Origin: Chiloscyllium plagiosum
Lineage: Eukaryota
Direction: 5' to 3'
DNA: 63,246 bases
NCBI RefSeq assembly: GCF_004010195.1
Contig: NC_057720.1
Span: 34,067,016-34,130,261 of the forward strand
Shown: piece after piece, positions 1-12,735 of the stretch
How positions within the stretch are numbered: position 1 is the stretch's first letter
Layout: every line of letters starts with the position of its first letter
Made by a program: the position numbers and the translations under genes
The notes under the pieces: generated by a model
Seen by the model: only the letters and a program-made list of their open reading frames with translations
Told to the model about the DNA's origin: nothing
The model's database searches: none

Positions 1-130
1 TACCTTTTATCTCAGCCCGCTTGGCACACCAGCTTCATTCCTGAAGAAGGGCTTATGCCCGAAACGTCGATTCTCCTGCTCCTCAGGTGCTGCCTAGCCT
101 GCTATGTTTTTCCAGCACCACATTTTTCAA
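1..130 (+). mobile_element. Penelope-like pseudo-LTR fragment with hammerhead-like core
   Basis: CTGAAGA-A-GGGC-TTAT-GCCC-GAAACGTCG at 41-69; the same sequence recurs at 11.2, 42.4 and 52.0 kb. Confidence 0.75.
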
Positions 131-1304
131 TAATTGAATGGTGAAGCAGACTCGATGGGCTGATTGGCCTAATTTCTGCTTTATGTCTTATGGTCTATCA
201 TATTCATGGTTTTTGTTAAGGAACGAGAAGGACAATGGTCAAAGTGGGAATTTGTGAACTTTTTTTTGAGGTCAAAAGATGCCATATGCTTAGAAGGTTA
301 CTTGCATGTTCTTGCAGCCTTTTAACAGCTTTGATGTGAGACAAAGTGTGAGGTAGATGTGACCAGAAAGAGTGACACAGGTAAGCCTTTGACCAATTCC
401 AGCCTTTTGTCTTGAATATGAACTCTTACCTTGTAGGACTGATTCTGTATATCCCAAACATTGATATTGCTTTCCATTACTCTTACCTCACCTCAGCCTA
501 TTTGCCATTGGTCAAATACATTGATGCCTTTTTTAGCTCCAAACTTGGTGAGGGTTCAGGTGGGGCTGAACAATGACATTTTCAGGTGTTATTCAACCTA
601 TTGAGACCCAGAATGTTGAGCAGGAAGTAAATGCACCCGAATTAGCACTCTATTCTGGCCCCCAAATCTCCCTGTACAAATTATGACTAACTTCCGTGAT
701 TGTCTCCACTAACTATGCAGTAAGACTGTAAAGCCTCTCAAGCCATTTGTGTCCTTGTTTGTGGGAGCTGCCTGATGTAAATATTATTATCTCTTTACTC
801 CCACAGTTACCTTTGTCATTTAGTCTCAATCTGTCCTGTATGCCAATATGTTATTCCTCTATGTTGTTCTAACTTGTGTTCACTGTCATTCATTATATTT
901 GTGCTGATTTATAAGGCTGCAGTTGGTGATGGCTTGTCAGATGCCCATGAAAACCTCCTAACAATTCAAAGATGTCAAACTCCATTGATGTGAAAATATC
1001 AATGATGAATTCAGTTTGAAATTTGAGGAGCTTCAACAAGTACCTACACTTGTGAAATGTGTTCAGCTGCATGTTCTGTGTTATTAATCTTGAATTTTTA
1101 AAGCCTCTTCCCTTTGACATTTGAGAACAAGAGATGGAAGACATCAAATCACACGGATGGGGATCTATATATGTATAGCTTCTCATATAAATGCATGAAA
1201 CAGTAATGTGTTATCCCTGGGCAGCCATGCATCCAGCCAAGAGAGATGAAACAAACTTGTGATAAGTATTAAAACATTGGCCTACTATGCTATTCATGTT
1301 AAAT

Positions 1305-1670
1305 TGGAGGATATGGGGTGACCTTATATAAGTTTATAAAATCATGAGGAGCATAAATAGGGTGAATAGCTAAGGCCTTTTCCCCAGGGTAGGAGAGTCC
1401 AAAACTAGAGGACATAGGTGAAGGGGTAAAGATTTAAAAGGGACCTAAGGGGCAACTTTTTCATGCAGAGGGTGGAACATACGTGGAATGAGCTGCCAGA
1501 GGAAGTGGTGGAGGCTGGTACAATTACAACATTTAAAGGCATCTGGATGGGTATATGAGTAGGAAGGGTTTAAAGGAATATGCTGGCAAATAGGACTAGA
1601 TTAATGTAGAGTATCTGGTCAGCATGGACGAATTGGGCTGAAGGGTCTGTATCCATGCTGTACATCTCCA
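1305..1670 (+). mobile_element. CR1 LINE 3' end fragment
   Basis: ...aaaactagaggacataggt...tggaatgagctgccagaggaagtggtggaggctgg... 3' UTR shared with the copies at 26.3, 40.1 and 43.2 kb. Confidence 0.8.
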
Positions 1671-2429
1671 TGGTTGTGGGTTGAAGTCCAAAAAGCAGCC
1701 TGCAAGCCTGACCACAATGAACCAGCCATAAGTTCACACACTCACTCCTTCTGGTAAAATATTGCAATCCAAGAGTTGACTTAGTACTCACAAATATCAC
1801 AGAAAGTGACCTGCTTTGTGCACTAAAATGCTGAGTGCATGTTGTTTGTGATCTACAGAAACTGATATTATGCATGAATAGATGGTGCGCAGCTAGCAAT
1901 TCGGACCCAATTCTACTTTGGTTCAGATGCTTCCCTGTGGGATCAGTTAATTTTACCTGCAACAGGAAGAAGTTTTAACGCTGAGTAATATCACACCATT
2001 TTCATACACACACTATGTAATAAAGCAGGAATTCCTTCTGTTTTACACCAGCAGGCGACATTTCACTTCAGAAACATTTCATGGACTTAGCCAAGTTTGA
2101 AGCTAAAAATAAGCATTTGAAAGAATATATTGCATAGAAACCAACAACTTTGTCAGAGATCAGGAAGAACAAGTCACAGCTGCGAGATAACTGGGATGTT
2201 TTGGTTGTCTTATTAAGGTGCACTCGAACATACCTCAGAAATTGGGCAGTGATAATATTGACATAATTGCCTTTACAGAAAATTCCATATAGTCTTGTCT
2301 CTGTAACATCTGTTTTTATGATGCAACCTTCCTCAAGAGCACAAGCAAACATATCTTCCTTATTCTTCAACTGAAGATTCTCATCCAGTATAATTGGCAG
2401 ACTCCTCCACCAGGTCTGATCCATTTGAC

Positions 2430-3050
2430 CACTTTCAATCTCACCACTTGCCCTACCTATCAGATTCCTCTAAGTATACAACTCTACTCCACCAGCCTCC
2501 ATATACAATGAATTATCCTGTACTATTTTTGCTAAGTTCAGTGTGATGGCACCACCAAAACACATGCTTCCCCACCTTCCCCTTTGAGCATTCAAGAGGA
2601 ATCATTCCTACCATGACACCATGGTCTACTCTTGATTCAATTCTAATACCCTTCCCTTTGGCACCCTGCCACACCTTTCTGTGCAAGCATCAGAGATGCA
2701 ATGTGTTTCATTGCTACCTTCCTGCATGTGACCCAAGAGCCTATATGTTCCTTGGAATTGAGGCAGTGATGTACTTGTACTCCTTTCCGTTTTGTATACT
2801 GTACTCATTGTTGACTATGTGATTTACTCAACAGTAGGAAACCAAACACTTTGCAGATTATCTCATTCAATTCAGACTACAAGCATGATCTTGTCCCTTG
2901 CCATTTTAATTCTCCACCTTGTTTCAATTGGGAATTTTCTTTCCATGACCTAGTAAAGTGCTTCAGTGAAAACAATGCAAGTTCATGTAAAAACCAATCA
3001 TCTTTCAACTCTGTACTCTCCAACCTACTGAACTTAAAATTGAGTCGAAC
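2430..3050 (+). mobile_element. Degenerate Penelope-like element (linker/GIY-YIG region)
   Basis: Decayed SAFKRNHSYHDTMV and FLCKHQRCNV motifs, plus ...cattttaattctcc... similar to the 8.6-9.2 kb copy. Confidence 0.5.
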
Positions 3051-3348
3051 AACATTAAATAATGATCTCCGTCTTCATTTTATTCTATGTGTGTTTTTAT
3101 TTTCTACTTATTTTGATAGCTTGTTTCTTTCTTTATCCATTTATGTTGCATTTAGATGGTTGGTATGTAGTTATTCACACCTCATCTGGATTCAACCTTT
3201 TTTCCTTTACTAGATTCAGTCACTTTATTCACTGCTGGTGAGTATATCTAGCATTTCTTTTGTACTATGGTCTTATTTGAGCTATTTCTCAAGATTTTTG
3301 TTAATTGACAGCACCCATAGGATTAACCAGTCTGGCTAAGCCCTTAAT

Positions 3349-3656
3349 GGGTGGCATGGTGGCTGAGTGGTTAGCACTGCTGCCTCATAGCTAGGGACCT
3401 GGTTCAATTCCCACCTCGGGCAACTGTCTGTGTAGAGTTTGCACGTTCTCCCCATGTCTGCGTGGGTTTCCTTCGGGTCCTCCAGTTTCCTCCCACAGTC
3501 CAAAGAAGTGCAGGTTAGGTGAATTGCCCATAGTGTTAGGTGATTAGTCAGGGGTAAATGTAAGGGAATGGGTCTGGGTGGGTTGCTTTTCGGAGGGTCG
3601 GTGTAGACTTGTTGGGCTGAAGGGCCTGTTTCCACACTGTAGGTAATCTAATCTAA
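3349..3656 (+). mobile_element. tRNA-derived SINE, HE1/V-SINE type
   Basis: Pol III A box (TGGCTGAGTGG) and B box (GGTTCAATTCC), central gtgtagagtttgcacgttctcccc domain, (AATCT)n tail. Paralogous copies at 7.5 and 55.2 kb. Confidence 0.88.
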
Positions 3657-6600
3657 TTGAAGGATTATTATTTTGTTGATCATGATAGGGGTAAGAATGA
3701 CCTTACTGAGGAGAAGACATTTGAGATGCTGAATAATATTGGTGAAACATTGTTGAAGGTAACAGGATGAGTTTTAGTGAGACATCAATTCTCATAACTC
3801 TCCAGTTAAACCATTTTGTTATATCAGCAATATTTTACAGCCAATTTGTCTTGAAACAAATGCAGGCCTTTTAATAAAATTGCAGAATCCATTTTGAAAA
3901 GATGTTGAGAGAATATATTTTAATTAAAAATAGTACAGGAGTTAAAGAAATCATTTGGTAAAATATTCCATGTTCTCATAGTCATCTCAGTGTGCATCAT
4001 ATGAACCAGCTGCTGAGAACTAATATAGATTATTTAAAAATTGACTGAAAATTGGCAATCATACAAGAGTGTGTTGCACATACAAACATTGAGGTGTGCT
4101 TTGTTATAATATGAATGAATTCCAAGATGGGCATTAACATCTGTACTCCACTTTTATTATAGTACAGTAATAGAAAATGCATTTGTACCAATGTAATACA
4201 GATTTTACAGAAATAAAGATGATTTCTGAATGAACAGCACATTGAGATTTGCAAAGAAGCAATCTATTCCAGGTTGCTGTTGAACATTGCACAAATACGA
4301 GAAGGATGAAATAATTATTCAATCATTCTCTGAGATCATTCTAATAGCAGACCTTACCAATGGGAAACAAAATTTTGAGTGATGTTATTTGCATAGGTAG
4401 TTCCAAAAAATACTGAGTCAACTGTAGCATGTTTATTTAAACCAATTAAGCAGCTGAGTTGATTGCATTTTCTAGATAGATCGCAAAGTGTTACTTATTA
4501 TTGTATGGCTTCTTTTTAAAATTTTGGGAATTCATGACATTTTAAAAGAAAGTTGACAAAAGTATGCGCCAATTTAAAGGTAAAACTATGGTGTGATATT
4601 TGAACAATACGATGATGCTCTTTAAACAATAGGGTCCAATTTATAATTTTCCTTGGAATTTGCTCTTGTATGGGCTGAGCTGATAACTGCAGAACCATAT
4701 GTAAGACAAGTAATCAGTGAGGAAACTTGACTTTGCAGGTAAAACAACCAATGCACCAAATTATTGTGAATGGAAAGAAAGTAAAATCTTGCTATGAATA
4801 CAATATTGACTAAAGTGGTCTACATTAAAGTTGCCCATTCAAATACAATGCAATATTGAACACACAGCTTACAGCTCTTTTAGATCAGACTCATTTCCAT
4901 TGTGGTTCCCCTGGTGCGAATTGTATTTGAGCATCAGTGTGATATTAATTTCCAGCACTCCATCATTATCAAACACACTACGTTCTTGGGTCTTTTTTTT
5001 TCTCAATTTTTAAAAAAATGTTTGACCTTTTAACAAAATATACTGTGAATTTCAGCTTTAACATACAACAGTGCAGCAAAAGGAAGTCTTTAGCTATTGG
5101 AAGGAAGTAACAGAAAATCATCAAATAAGTCTATTTCTATTCGCATTGTAACATCCAAGTTGACTAACTAAAATGTAGTCCAGTAGAAAGCTCTGTTTAG
5201 TTTCTCCTCAGTTTCCCTTTCAGGACAATAATAACATATGAACTTGCAAGGGACAGTAAACCAAGATTGAAAATCAACCAACATTAGTGGCTCAGCAATT
5301 CTGTTATCTTCCTCTAAACTGATACAAGTCCAGATTGTTCTTTTCTTTAAACATTGCAACTGAGTACATTACAAATATATTCATGAGTTTTAATCATCAG
5401 TAACCAAAATGATAAGCACTAGGGTTTTACGGATAAATATGCTTTATGGATAACTACTTCAAATTACAAATTCTATTATGCTTGAAAATTCATAACTTAG
5501 CTATCTTGTGAAAGGAGCAAAATAGAAACGGATAGCTGTTACGTTTTCTATTTCCTTTGTACCCAACTAATGCATTGGAGCATCACTCCTGTTTGTTGTT
5601 ATCTTGGAGCCAAGCAATGTTTGCACGTCCAGTTTACATGAGATCAGCATTGGATTGAATTCTAGAATTCCTAATCTGTAATGATTTCCCTTAGCAATCC
5701 ATAATTTGATTTGTAACTATGACAGTCATGTGATATGTACAGATAGTAATTATGATGTAGTCTTGATTATGCTGCAGAATCATAAGATGACACAATTGAG
5801 ACTGAACGTTAATAGTTGTCATAAAAAGCAAAAATAAATGCAACTATATTGGGAACTTATGAACAAATATCAAGTAGGTCAAGCAGGTAGCAAAACAACG
5901 CATCTAATGCAAAAGATGGAAGTACAAAATTACCAATCAATATCAACAAACAATTAGCAAAGATGATAACTGAAGCCAGTGAAAACACAATAGTTTTAAT
6001 AAACACTTTTGTCACCATCTCATTTAATTTGTATCCTGAAGATATGCTAAAATAAGGTTTCAATAGAAGTGACACAAAATAAATAATTTAACACAAATTA
6101 ATTTCTAAAATCACCTTTCCTGTGTTTGCAATCTCTCTAATCAAGGTTTCCATTCAGAAACATAACTTCTTCCAAGTCGTGGAATTTAGGTTCATAGGAT
6201 TTTCTGCAGTAAAGACTGCTGGCTATAACTATCCTAAATGAAGATACTTAACCAGGAAATGGGATACTTAACCAGGAATGTGACAGTGATGTTTCCTGTA
6301 TCTAAACCATTGACTACAATCCCAGATGCAATGAAAGACTGCCTCCATTCTGAGTCCAATGAACATTCCACATTTGGTGTAGAGAGTCGATATATTGCAT
6401 GCCAAGAATTTTTAAATGCATAATTTTCAGAAAGGCAGGCTATCTGCAGGGCAACCTAGTTGTTTGTAAGCCTTGTCCCCTTGCTGTGCAGCAATGGGAA
6501 AGAAGTGATGGTGAGTAAATCCTTAATTTAGCTGTAAGTTTCTTTCCATGGACTTCCCACAGTTGAAAGCAATCAGTGTCAGCAAATATGCATGGAGTCA

Positions 6601-6889
6601 TTCAAGCAGAAAGAAAGTTACATCTGAAGGTTGCTGTGCTTTCTCTTTGTATAAATAAAAAGCACTTACTTTTAAACATGCATAACAGAAGATAGACATG
6701 ATCAACAGTGCAGCAGTCTAATTGTTAAGTGGAAGCATCCCTGTTCCTCTCACAAGCCTTTATTTCAGGTTCAATTCAACACTTCCTTCATTCTGAAACT
6801 ATCTCTGCTGGTGTCAGCTTGGCTCAAGATTTCTTGCCTCCAAGTCATAAAACTGTAGGTTCATCCTCACTCAAGGTACTTGAGTAGAG

Positions 6890-6998
6890 ATCTATTTACT
6901 TTCTAATCAAGCTGTTCAGAGAAATTATGACACAGCTCTAGAATAGATGGGACTTGAACTCAGGAGGTAGAGGTGCTATCACTGCGTCACAAGAGCCT
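6890..6998 (-). mobile_element. Short tRNA-derived SINE nested in an older SINE-like sequence
   Basis: Reverse complement matches the short units at 14675-14890 (ggctcttgtg..gcagtg..gttcaagtccca..ctgaacag..attagaaaa). Confidence 0.55.
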
Positions 6999-7234
6999 TA
7001 AAAAGCCTTGAAAAAAAGTGCAGTACTGAGGTGCTATTGAAGAGCAACATTATCCACCATTAAAGTGGATGCAAGGTATCTGGGCAGTATTCATATTCCT
7101 CTTCATTCCTTCTTCAACTCCTGCCATTCATAATTTCTGACCTGCTCCTAATCCTATGTCACCCTTGATTATTCCTTGTTTACTTTTTCATTTTCCACTG
7201 GATTGTTCAACCTTGTATTCTTTGCACAATTCAG

Positions 7235-7358
7235 TAAAAACAATGACTGCAGATGCCAGAAACCAGATTCTAGATTAGAGTGGTGCTGGAAAAGCACAGC
7301 AGTTCAGGCAGCATCCGAGGACCAGGAAAATCTACGTTTCGGGCAAAAGCCCTTCATA
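7235..7358 (-). mobile_element. Penelope pseudo-LTR fragment
   Basis: Reverse complement gives GGGC-TTTT-GCCC-GAAACG followed by ...ttttccagcaccac. Confidence 0.7.
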
Positions 7359-7533
7359 AAGAAAGATTCTGTGCACAATTCTCCAGCTGATTGTTTCCCA
7401 AATTACTTCTTAGTAACTTCACAGTAAAGTCTTGCAATATAGTATGAGTTAACCACAAAATATATCCCCAGCCCTATAATATAGCACATTTCCACTGATT
7501 CAAATTCTCCAAGGACCTATTAATTAATGACAC

Positions 7534-7811
7534 GGGGTGGCATGGTGGCTCAGTGGTTAGCACTGCTGCCTCACAGCACCAGGGTCCCAGGTTCGATTCC
7601 AGCCTTGGGCGACTGTCTGTGTGGAGTTTGCACATTCTCCCCATGTCTGCGTGGGTTTCCTCCCACAGTCCAAAGATGTGCAGGTCAGGTGAACTGGCCA
7701 TTCTAAACTGTCCATAGTGCTCGGTGCATTAGTCAGAGGGAAATAAGTGTGGATGGATTGCTCTTTGGAGGGTCGCTGTGGACTGTTTCCACACTGTAGG
7801 GACCTAATCTA
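7534..7811 (+). mobile_element. HE1/V-SINE
   Basis: A box TGGCTCAGTGG, B box GGTTCGATTCC; same body as 3349-3656. Confidence 0.88.
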
Positions 7812-8631
7812 TTATTTCTGTGCAGCATAATTTTCAGAAACATTTTACAGGAAATATGTGATCACATCAAAGAGGTTACAGAGGCGATTTTTGAGGATGT
7901 TTTCAGGAATGAAGCATTTTAGCTATGAGGCAAATTTGCATAGGTTTACGTTCTATTTTTTGCAACAGGAGTTCCAAGGATTTAATAAAGGTGTACAAGT
8001 TATGAGAAGCCCAGACAGAGTACATACAAAATAAAATTCCATTATCAGAGAGGTCAATAATTCAGAACATAAATTTAAAGTAATTGGTAGCAGGATTAGA
8101 AAGGAGTTGTGGAGACAATTTTTCACCCAAAGGGTGGTCAGGGTCTAGAACTAACTGTCTTAAAGTATGGTAGTGGGAACGATACTTGTCACACTTTGAA
8201 ATATTTGAACATGTACTCAAAAGGCTATAACAGTCAGCTTAGGAACACTGGACTAAATGCCTACCATTATACTGTAAATTTGCAGTTTCTAAATTATGAT
8301 CATTGCATTGGGATATCCATCGCATTATGTCAGCAGTTGATTGAAAAGATGCACAGATCTCAAATGGAAGTAATTTTGACTTTAACTTAAATACTGATTG
8401 ACAAGAGGAAGCTTGAACTGGTCCCAAATCAATAATTACACAACTATTGAACCTGAAACTTTGTTTCAGCTTGGAATGCTGTATTGGTCACTCTCTTACA
8501 CCTTTATCCTCAATTATGAAACAAAAAGTGATCCATCTGAACTAATCAATCATATCTGGAAGAAACTCCAAGCAAGCTGGAGTTTGTTATATCTAGACAG
8601 GTTCTTCAACTAAGTATGTCGGGACTTGGGT

Positions 8632-9207
8632 TACACAAAGACAGTAGACAGGCAGGAGGTTAGAAGAACGCTGAAAGCCAAGCAGCAGCAGAAGGTGGAG
8701 AAGTTAGTGTTTAAGGTGTAACCCTTCTTCAACTGGGGGTGCATAAATGGGGAGCTGCAAATAAAGGGGGTGGTGGGACAGGGTGGTGAAGTGGGGACAG
8801 ATGAAGACAGGCAGAGGGTATGACCTGGGAGAAATGAATCTGGTAGGTGGTCAGGAGGAGTGAAAGGGAGGGGAAGGGAAGGGAGGTTATTTGAAATTGG
8901 AGAACTCAATGTTGAGTCCTCCAGACTGTTGGCTGCGCAGGCAGTAGATGAGGTGATGTTCCTCCAGTTTGCAGTTTGGTTCGTGTTGGCCTCCTCTAGA
9001 GGAGGCCAAGGATGGTCATGTTGGAAAAGGAATGAGAAGGGGAATTAAAATGGGCGGTGACTGGGAGGTCCGGTCGGACCATGTGTGCTTGACTGAGATG
9101 CTTGGTGAAACGTTCCCTTAGTTTACGTTTGGTCTTCCCAATGTAGAGAAGACCACATCGGGAGCATCTGATGCAGTAAACCAGGTTGGAAGAGAGGCAG
9201 GTGAACG
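8632..9207 (-). mobile_element. Penelope-like element 3' part with GIY-YIG endonuclease remnant
   Basis: Minus-strand translation FTCLSSNLVYCIRCSRCGLLYIGKTKRKLRERFTKHL...VTAHFNSPSH (GIY-YIG), followed by a pseudo-LTR with degenerate TGAAGAAGGGTTACACC. Confidence 0.85.
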
Positions 9208-10304
9208 TAAAGACAGAGCAAGGTTAGATGTCAGAAGACTGTGCCTTTTGTAAGAGAAAAGTAGACTTTGACAACAGGCTACCGGTTTGTGCAGTGAAAG
9301 ACAAGTTTGGATCTGTTCCTACCTAGAGATCACCTTGTAAAGAAGGTAATTACTGTTTAATATTTATCAGGGTCAGATTGGTCTCCTGCACTTATTTTGA
9401 TCACTTAAGATGTACAAAGAGGACATTCTCACATTTGTTTTTCCCAAATTGGCTTAGGTTTTGTTTTGCTTGCTTTTGGGGTAAAATGGGGAGTGTACGT
9501 ATTGTGATGCACCAGACATCATAGTCTGTGGAACAGGGATGGACAGCTGGATGTTTCATTGTCCATTATTATTTGAATGCTCCTAAATTCTTCACTCAAA
9601 ACACGGAAGAGAATAGTTGATCATTGTTGGGAAAAATATTGTGGTGTTGAAAAATTAATTCCTTTGACTTCAAAGTGGTAGCAAATTTAATTGTGGAATA
9701 CAAAACCTTTGGTTCCAGTTGGGGGTTTATTTGTTTCACACTGGCAGGTTTATTGAGAAGAATCACTCAGCTGGAAGAATTGAATTATGGTGAAATTCCA
9801 ACACATTTCTGATGGCATTTAAAATGCTAATTGATCTTCCATTGTAATCTTTTCGTGGAAAAAATTATGAATAGTCATTAACTTAACAACAGAATTTGCT
9901 ATTATAATCCTTTCTAAGCAACAGAACTTAAAGAAAATGTTCTATATTACGTCCAATGAAATCAATTTAACAGTGAGTTATGAATCTCACATTGAAAGAT
10001 AATTTCTCTTTCTCCCTCCTGGTATCATTAACAATGTAATACACTGAGCAGTTCCTATTATATGCAAAATGCTCTGTTATTAAAAATAAACCATATCTAA
10101 CGATCATGGAGCCTAAGGACAAAAAGTAATCCACAGAACCATTGTAATAAGAAAGGTTAATCTTCTGTACAATTGTGTATTTCATTAAACTTCAGTTTAC
10201 AATTATAGATCCATGGCTTTTTTTAACATCAATCATCCTTCAGTATATATCAGGGAACTGAGGAGATGCAAAAAATATCAATACTATCTACAGTCTTGTA
10301 TTCA

Positions 10305-10486
10305 TTAATTCTGATCATCATTCAAAATGCAATTAGGAACCATCACACACTTGGCTACACGATTGCCTTCCCAGTAACCAACATCCTGACCATCATGGCA
10401 GTGGCAGCTGGTGCACTTGTCAACCCACACAGTGGTCCCTCCTGGGATTACATGACTTTGCGTGAAGTCGCTGTAACAATTTGGAC
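10305..10486 (-). CDS. VWC2-like (Brorin-family) terminal coding exon 3
   Basis: Not in the ORF track. Acceptor aaattttaag|GTCCAAAT, phase 1 fits exon 2. Translation (G)PNCYSDFTQSHVIPGGTTVWVDKCTSCHCHDGQDVGYWEGNRVAKCVMVPNCILNDDQN, stop TAA at 10307-10305. Resembles the GPNCFAG...C-terminal exon of Brorin-family proteins. Confidence 0.92.
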
Positions 10487-10762
10487 CTTAAAATTTGAAA
10501 TAGTGGAGAAAAAAATTCAAATTATTCAGTGTGGATCTATGGATTGGAGATGAAGGAATCAAGTTATCAGGTTGCAACACTTAAAAGAATTAAAGCCAGA
10601 AAAGCAAAAATATCAAAGTTTGAGAGGCCCGAAGGTTCTATTTCCAAGCTATACATCTCTATGACTCTACATAAAACAGAAGGATCAGTCAGTATAAGTT
10701 AACAATTTGGGCAGGGCCTAATTGTACTTCCTCAGCACGAAAAATGAAAAGAGAAGCAAGTA

Positions 10763-10930
10763 CAGGGCGACCTTTGTATCCACAGATCCGGTTACCATAG
10801 TTTCAGTTAACCGCAGTTTACCGCGTCCCCAACTTATTACATGGAACATTCCAGAACCAGGAATCGGGGCCTGCCTGAGAGGTAAATTTCCCATTTAAAT
10901 GAATGGATTCGCTACACTGCGGTTGCCCTG
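10763..10930. mobile_element. Tc1/mariner (Tigger/pogo-like) MITE
   Basis: TA|CAGGGCGACC ... GGTTGCCCTG|TA: 10-bp terminal inverted repeats (9/10 match) with a TA duplication; 168 bp. Confidence 0.65.
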
Positions 10931-11032
10931 TATTTAATAAGATCAGAAATTAAATTGGAGGATGAGGAAAAAAAATAGAAAATGGAACCAATATTCCAAG
11001 CAGAGAGATTGTTAAGCAAAGTAATGGTTACT

Positions 11033-11289
11033 GCAATGGTGACCTGCAATCTTCTTCCCGACCTCTCCACCCCCACCCTCTCTCCGGCCTATCACCCCCA
11101 CCTTAACCTTCTTCCACCTATCGCATTCCCAACGCCCCTCCCCCAAATCCCTCCTCCCTACCTTTTATCTTAGCCTGCTTGGCACACCCTCCTCATTCCT
11201 GAAGAAGGGCTTATGCCTGAAATGTCGATTCCCCTGCTCCTTGGATGCTGCCTGACCTGCTGTGCTTTTCCAGCAACACATTTTTCAGC
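11033..11289 (+). mobile_element. Penelope pseudo-LTR insertion with 11-bp TSD
   Basis: Flanked by TAATGGTTACT at 11022-11032 and 11290-11300; contains CTGAAGAAGGGCTTATGCCTGAAATG. Confidence 0.8.
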
Positions 11290-11384
11290 TAATGGTTACT
11301 TCAGCCAGGCACACAAAGAAATATTGAATGCATCAAAGAAATGAAATAAAGTGTGTATATAAAAGGCAGGAAGAATCCTATGCA

Positions 11385-12735
11385 AGAGAAAATTACGACA
11401 CATCTGGATAACAGTAACAGGATAGGTCAGAGTCAGCATGGATTTATGAAGGGGAAAACATGCTTGACTAATCTGCTGGAATCTTTTGAGGATGGAACTC
11501 TGAAGATGGACAAGGAAGATCCAGTGGATGTAGTATACCTGGTCTTTCAGAAAGCCTTTGATAAAGTCCCACGTAGGAGCTTAGTGAGCAAAATTAGCGC
11601 AGATAGTATTGGGGGCAAAATACTGACATGGATTGAAAATTGGTTGGCTGACAGGAAACAAAATGTGGAGATAAATGGCTCCCTTTTGGAATGGTAGGCA
11701 GTAACCAGTGGTATGCCGCAGGGATCAGTGCTGGGACTGCAGCTTTTTACAATGTACATTAATGATATAGATGAAGGTATTAAAAGTAATATTAGCAAAT
11801 TTGTTGATGACACAAAGCTGGATGGCAGGGTGAAATGTGAGGTGGATTTTAGGAGAATACAGGGTGACCTGGACAGGCTAGGTGAATGGACGGATGCATG
11901 GAAGATGCAGTTTAATGTGGATAAATGTGTGGTTATCCACTTTGGTGGCAAGAACAGGAAGGCAGATTACTACCTAAATGGAGTCAAGTTAGGTAAAGGG
12001 GCAGTACAACGAGATCTAGGTGTTCTTGTACATCAGTCAATGAAAGCAAGCATGCAGGTACAGCAGGCCGTGAACAAAGCTAATAGCATGCTGGCCTTCA
12101 TAACAAGAGGAATTGAGTATAGAAGCAAAGAGGTCCTTCTGTAGCTGTACAGGGCCTTGGTGAGACCGCACCTGGAATATTGTGCGCAGTTTTGGTCTCC
12201 AAATTTGAGGAAAGACATTCTGGCAATTGAGGGAATGCAGCGTAGGTTCACAAAGTCAATTCACGGAATGGCGGGACTACCTTACGCTGAAAGATTGGAG
12301 CAACTGAACTTGTATACGCTTGAGTTTAGAAAGCTGAGAGGGGATCTGATTGAGACGTATAAGATTATTAAAGGATTGGACACTGTGGAGGCAGGAAGCA
12401 TGTTTCCGCTGATGGATGAGTCCCGAACCAGAGGACAGAGTTTAAAAATAAGGGGTAGGCCACTTAGAACACAGTTGAGGAGAAACTACTTTACCCAGAG
12501 AGTGGTGGTTGTGTGGAATGCTCTGCCCTAGAAGGCTGTGGAGGCCAAGTCTCTGGATTCTTTCAAGAAAGAGTTGGATAGAGCTCTTAAGGATAGCGGA
12601 ATCAAGCGTTATGGGGATAAGGCAGGAACAGGATACTGATTGAGGATGATTAGCCATGATCATAATGAATGGTGGTGCTGGCTCAAAGGGCAGAATGGCC
12701 TAATCCTGCACCTATTGTCTATTATCTATTGTCTA
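11385..12735 (+). mobile_element. CR1 LINE, 5'-truncated (RT C-terminal half and 3' tail)
   Basis: QHGFMKGKTCLTNL, FQKAFDKVP, PQGSVLG, YINDI, KFVDDTKL motifs with in-frame stops; (CTATTGT)n-like tail. Confidence 0.93.

Noticed and set aside
1943..1975. Minus-strand acceptor ttcttcctgttgcag|GTAAAATTAACTGA as an alternative last exon of the VWC gene
   Set aside because: It would add only GKIN-stop, and a well-conserved terminal exon already exists at 10486-10305. No other support.
3349..3420. tRNA gene (also at 7535 and 55190)
   Set aside because: The A/B boxes are SINE heads continuous with the SINE body and tail; no complete cloverleaf.
200..9700. Exons of a neighbouring gene such as B4GALT2, and short ORFs 893-1186 and 2068-2424
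   Set aside because: I found no recognisable protein similarity or convincing splice-site pairs. Small exons cannot be excluded without TBLASTN or RNA-seq.
9726..9754. Minus-strand AATAAA hexamers as the VWC2-like poly(A) signal
   Set aside because: Plausible (~550-580 nt after the stop), but such hexamers are common in this AT-rich DNA and cannot be assigned without 3'-end data.
11353..12531. RT-like ORFs as an active retrotransposon or domesticated gene
   Set aside because: In-frame stops and 5' truncation; the same applies to all CR1 and Rex1 ORFs in the window.
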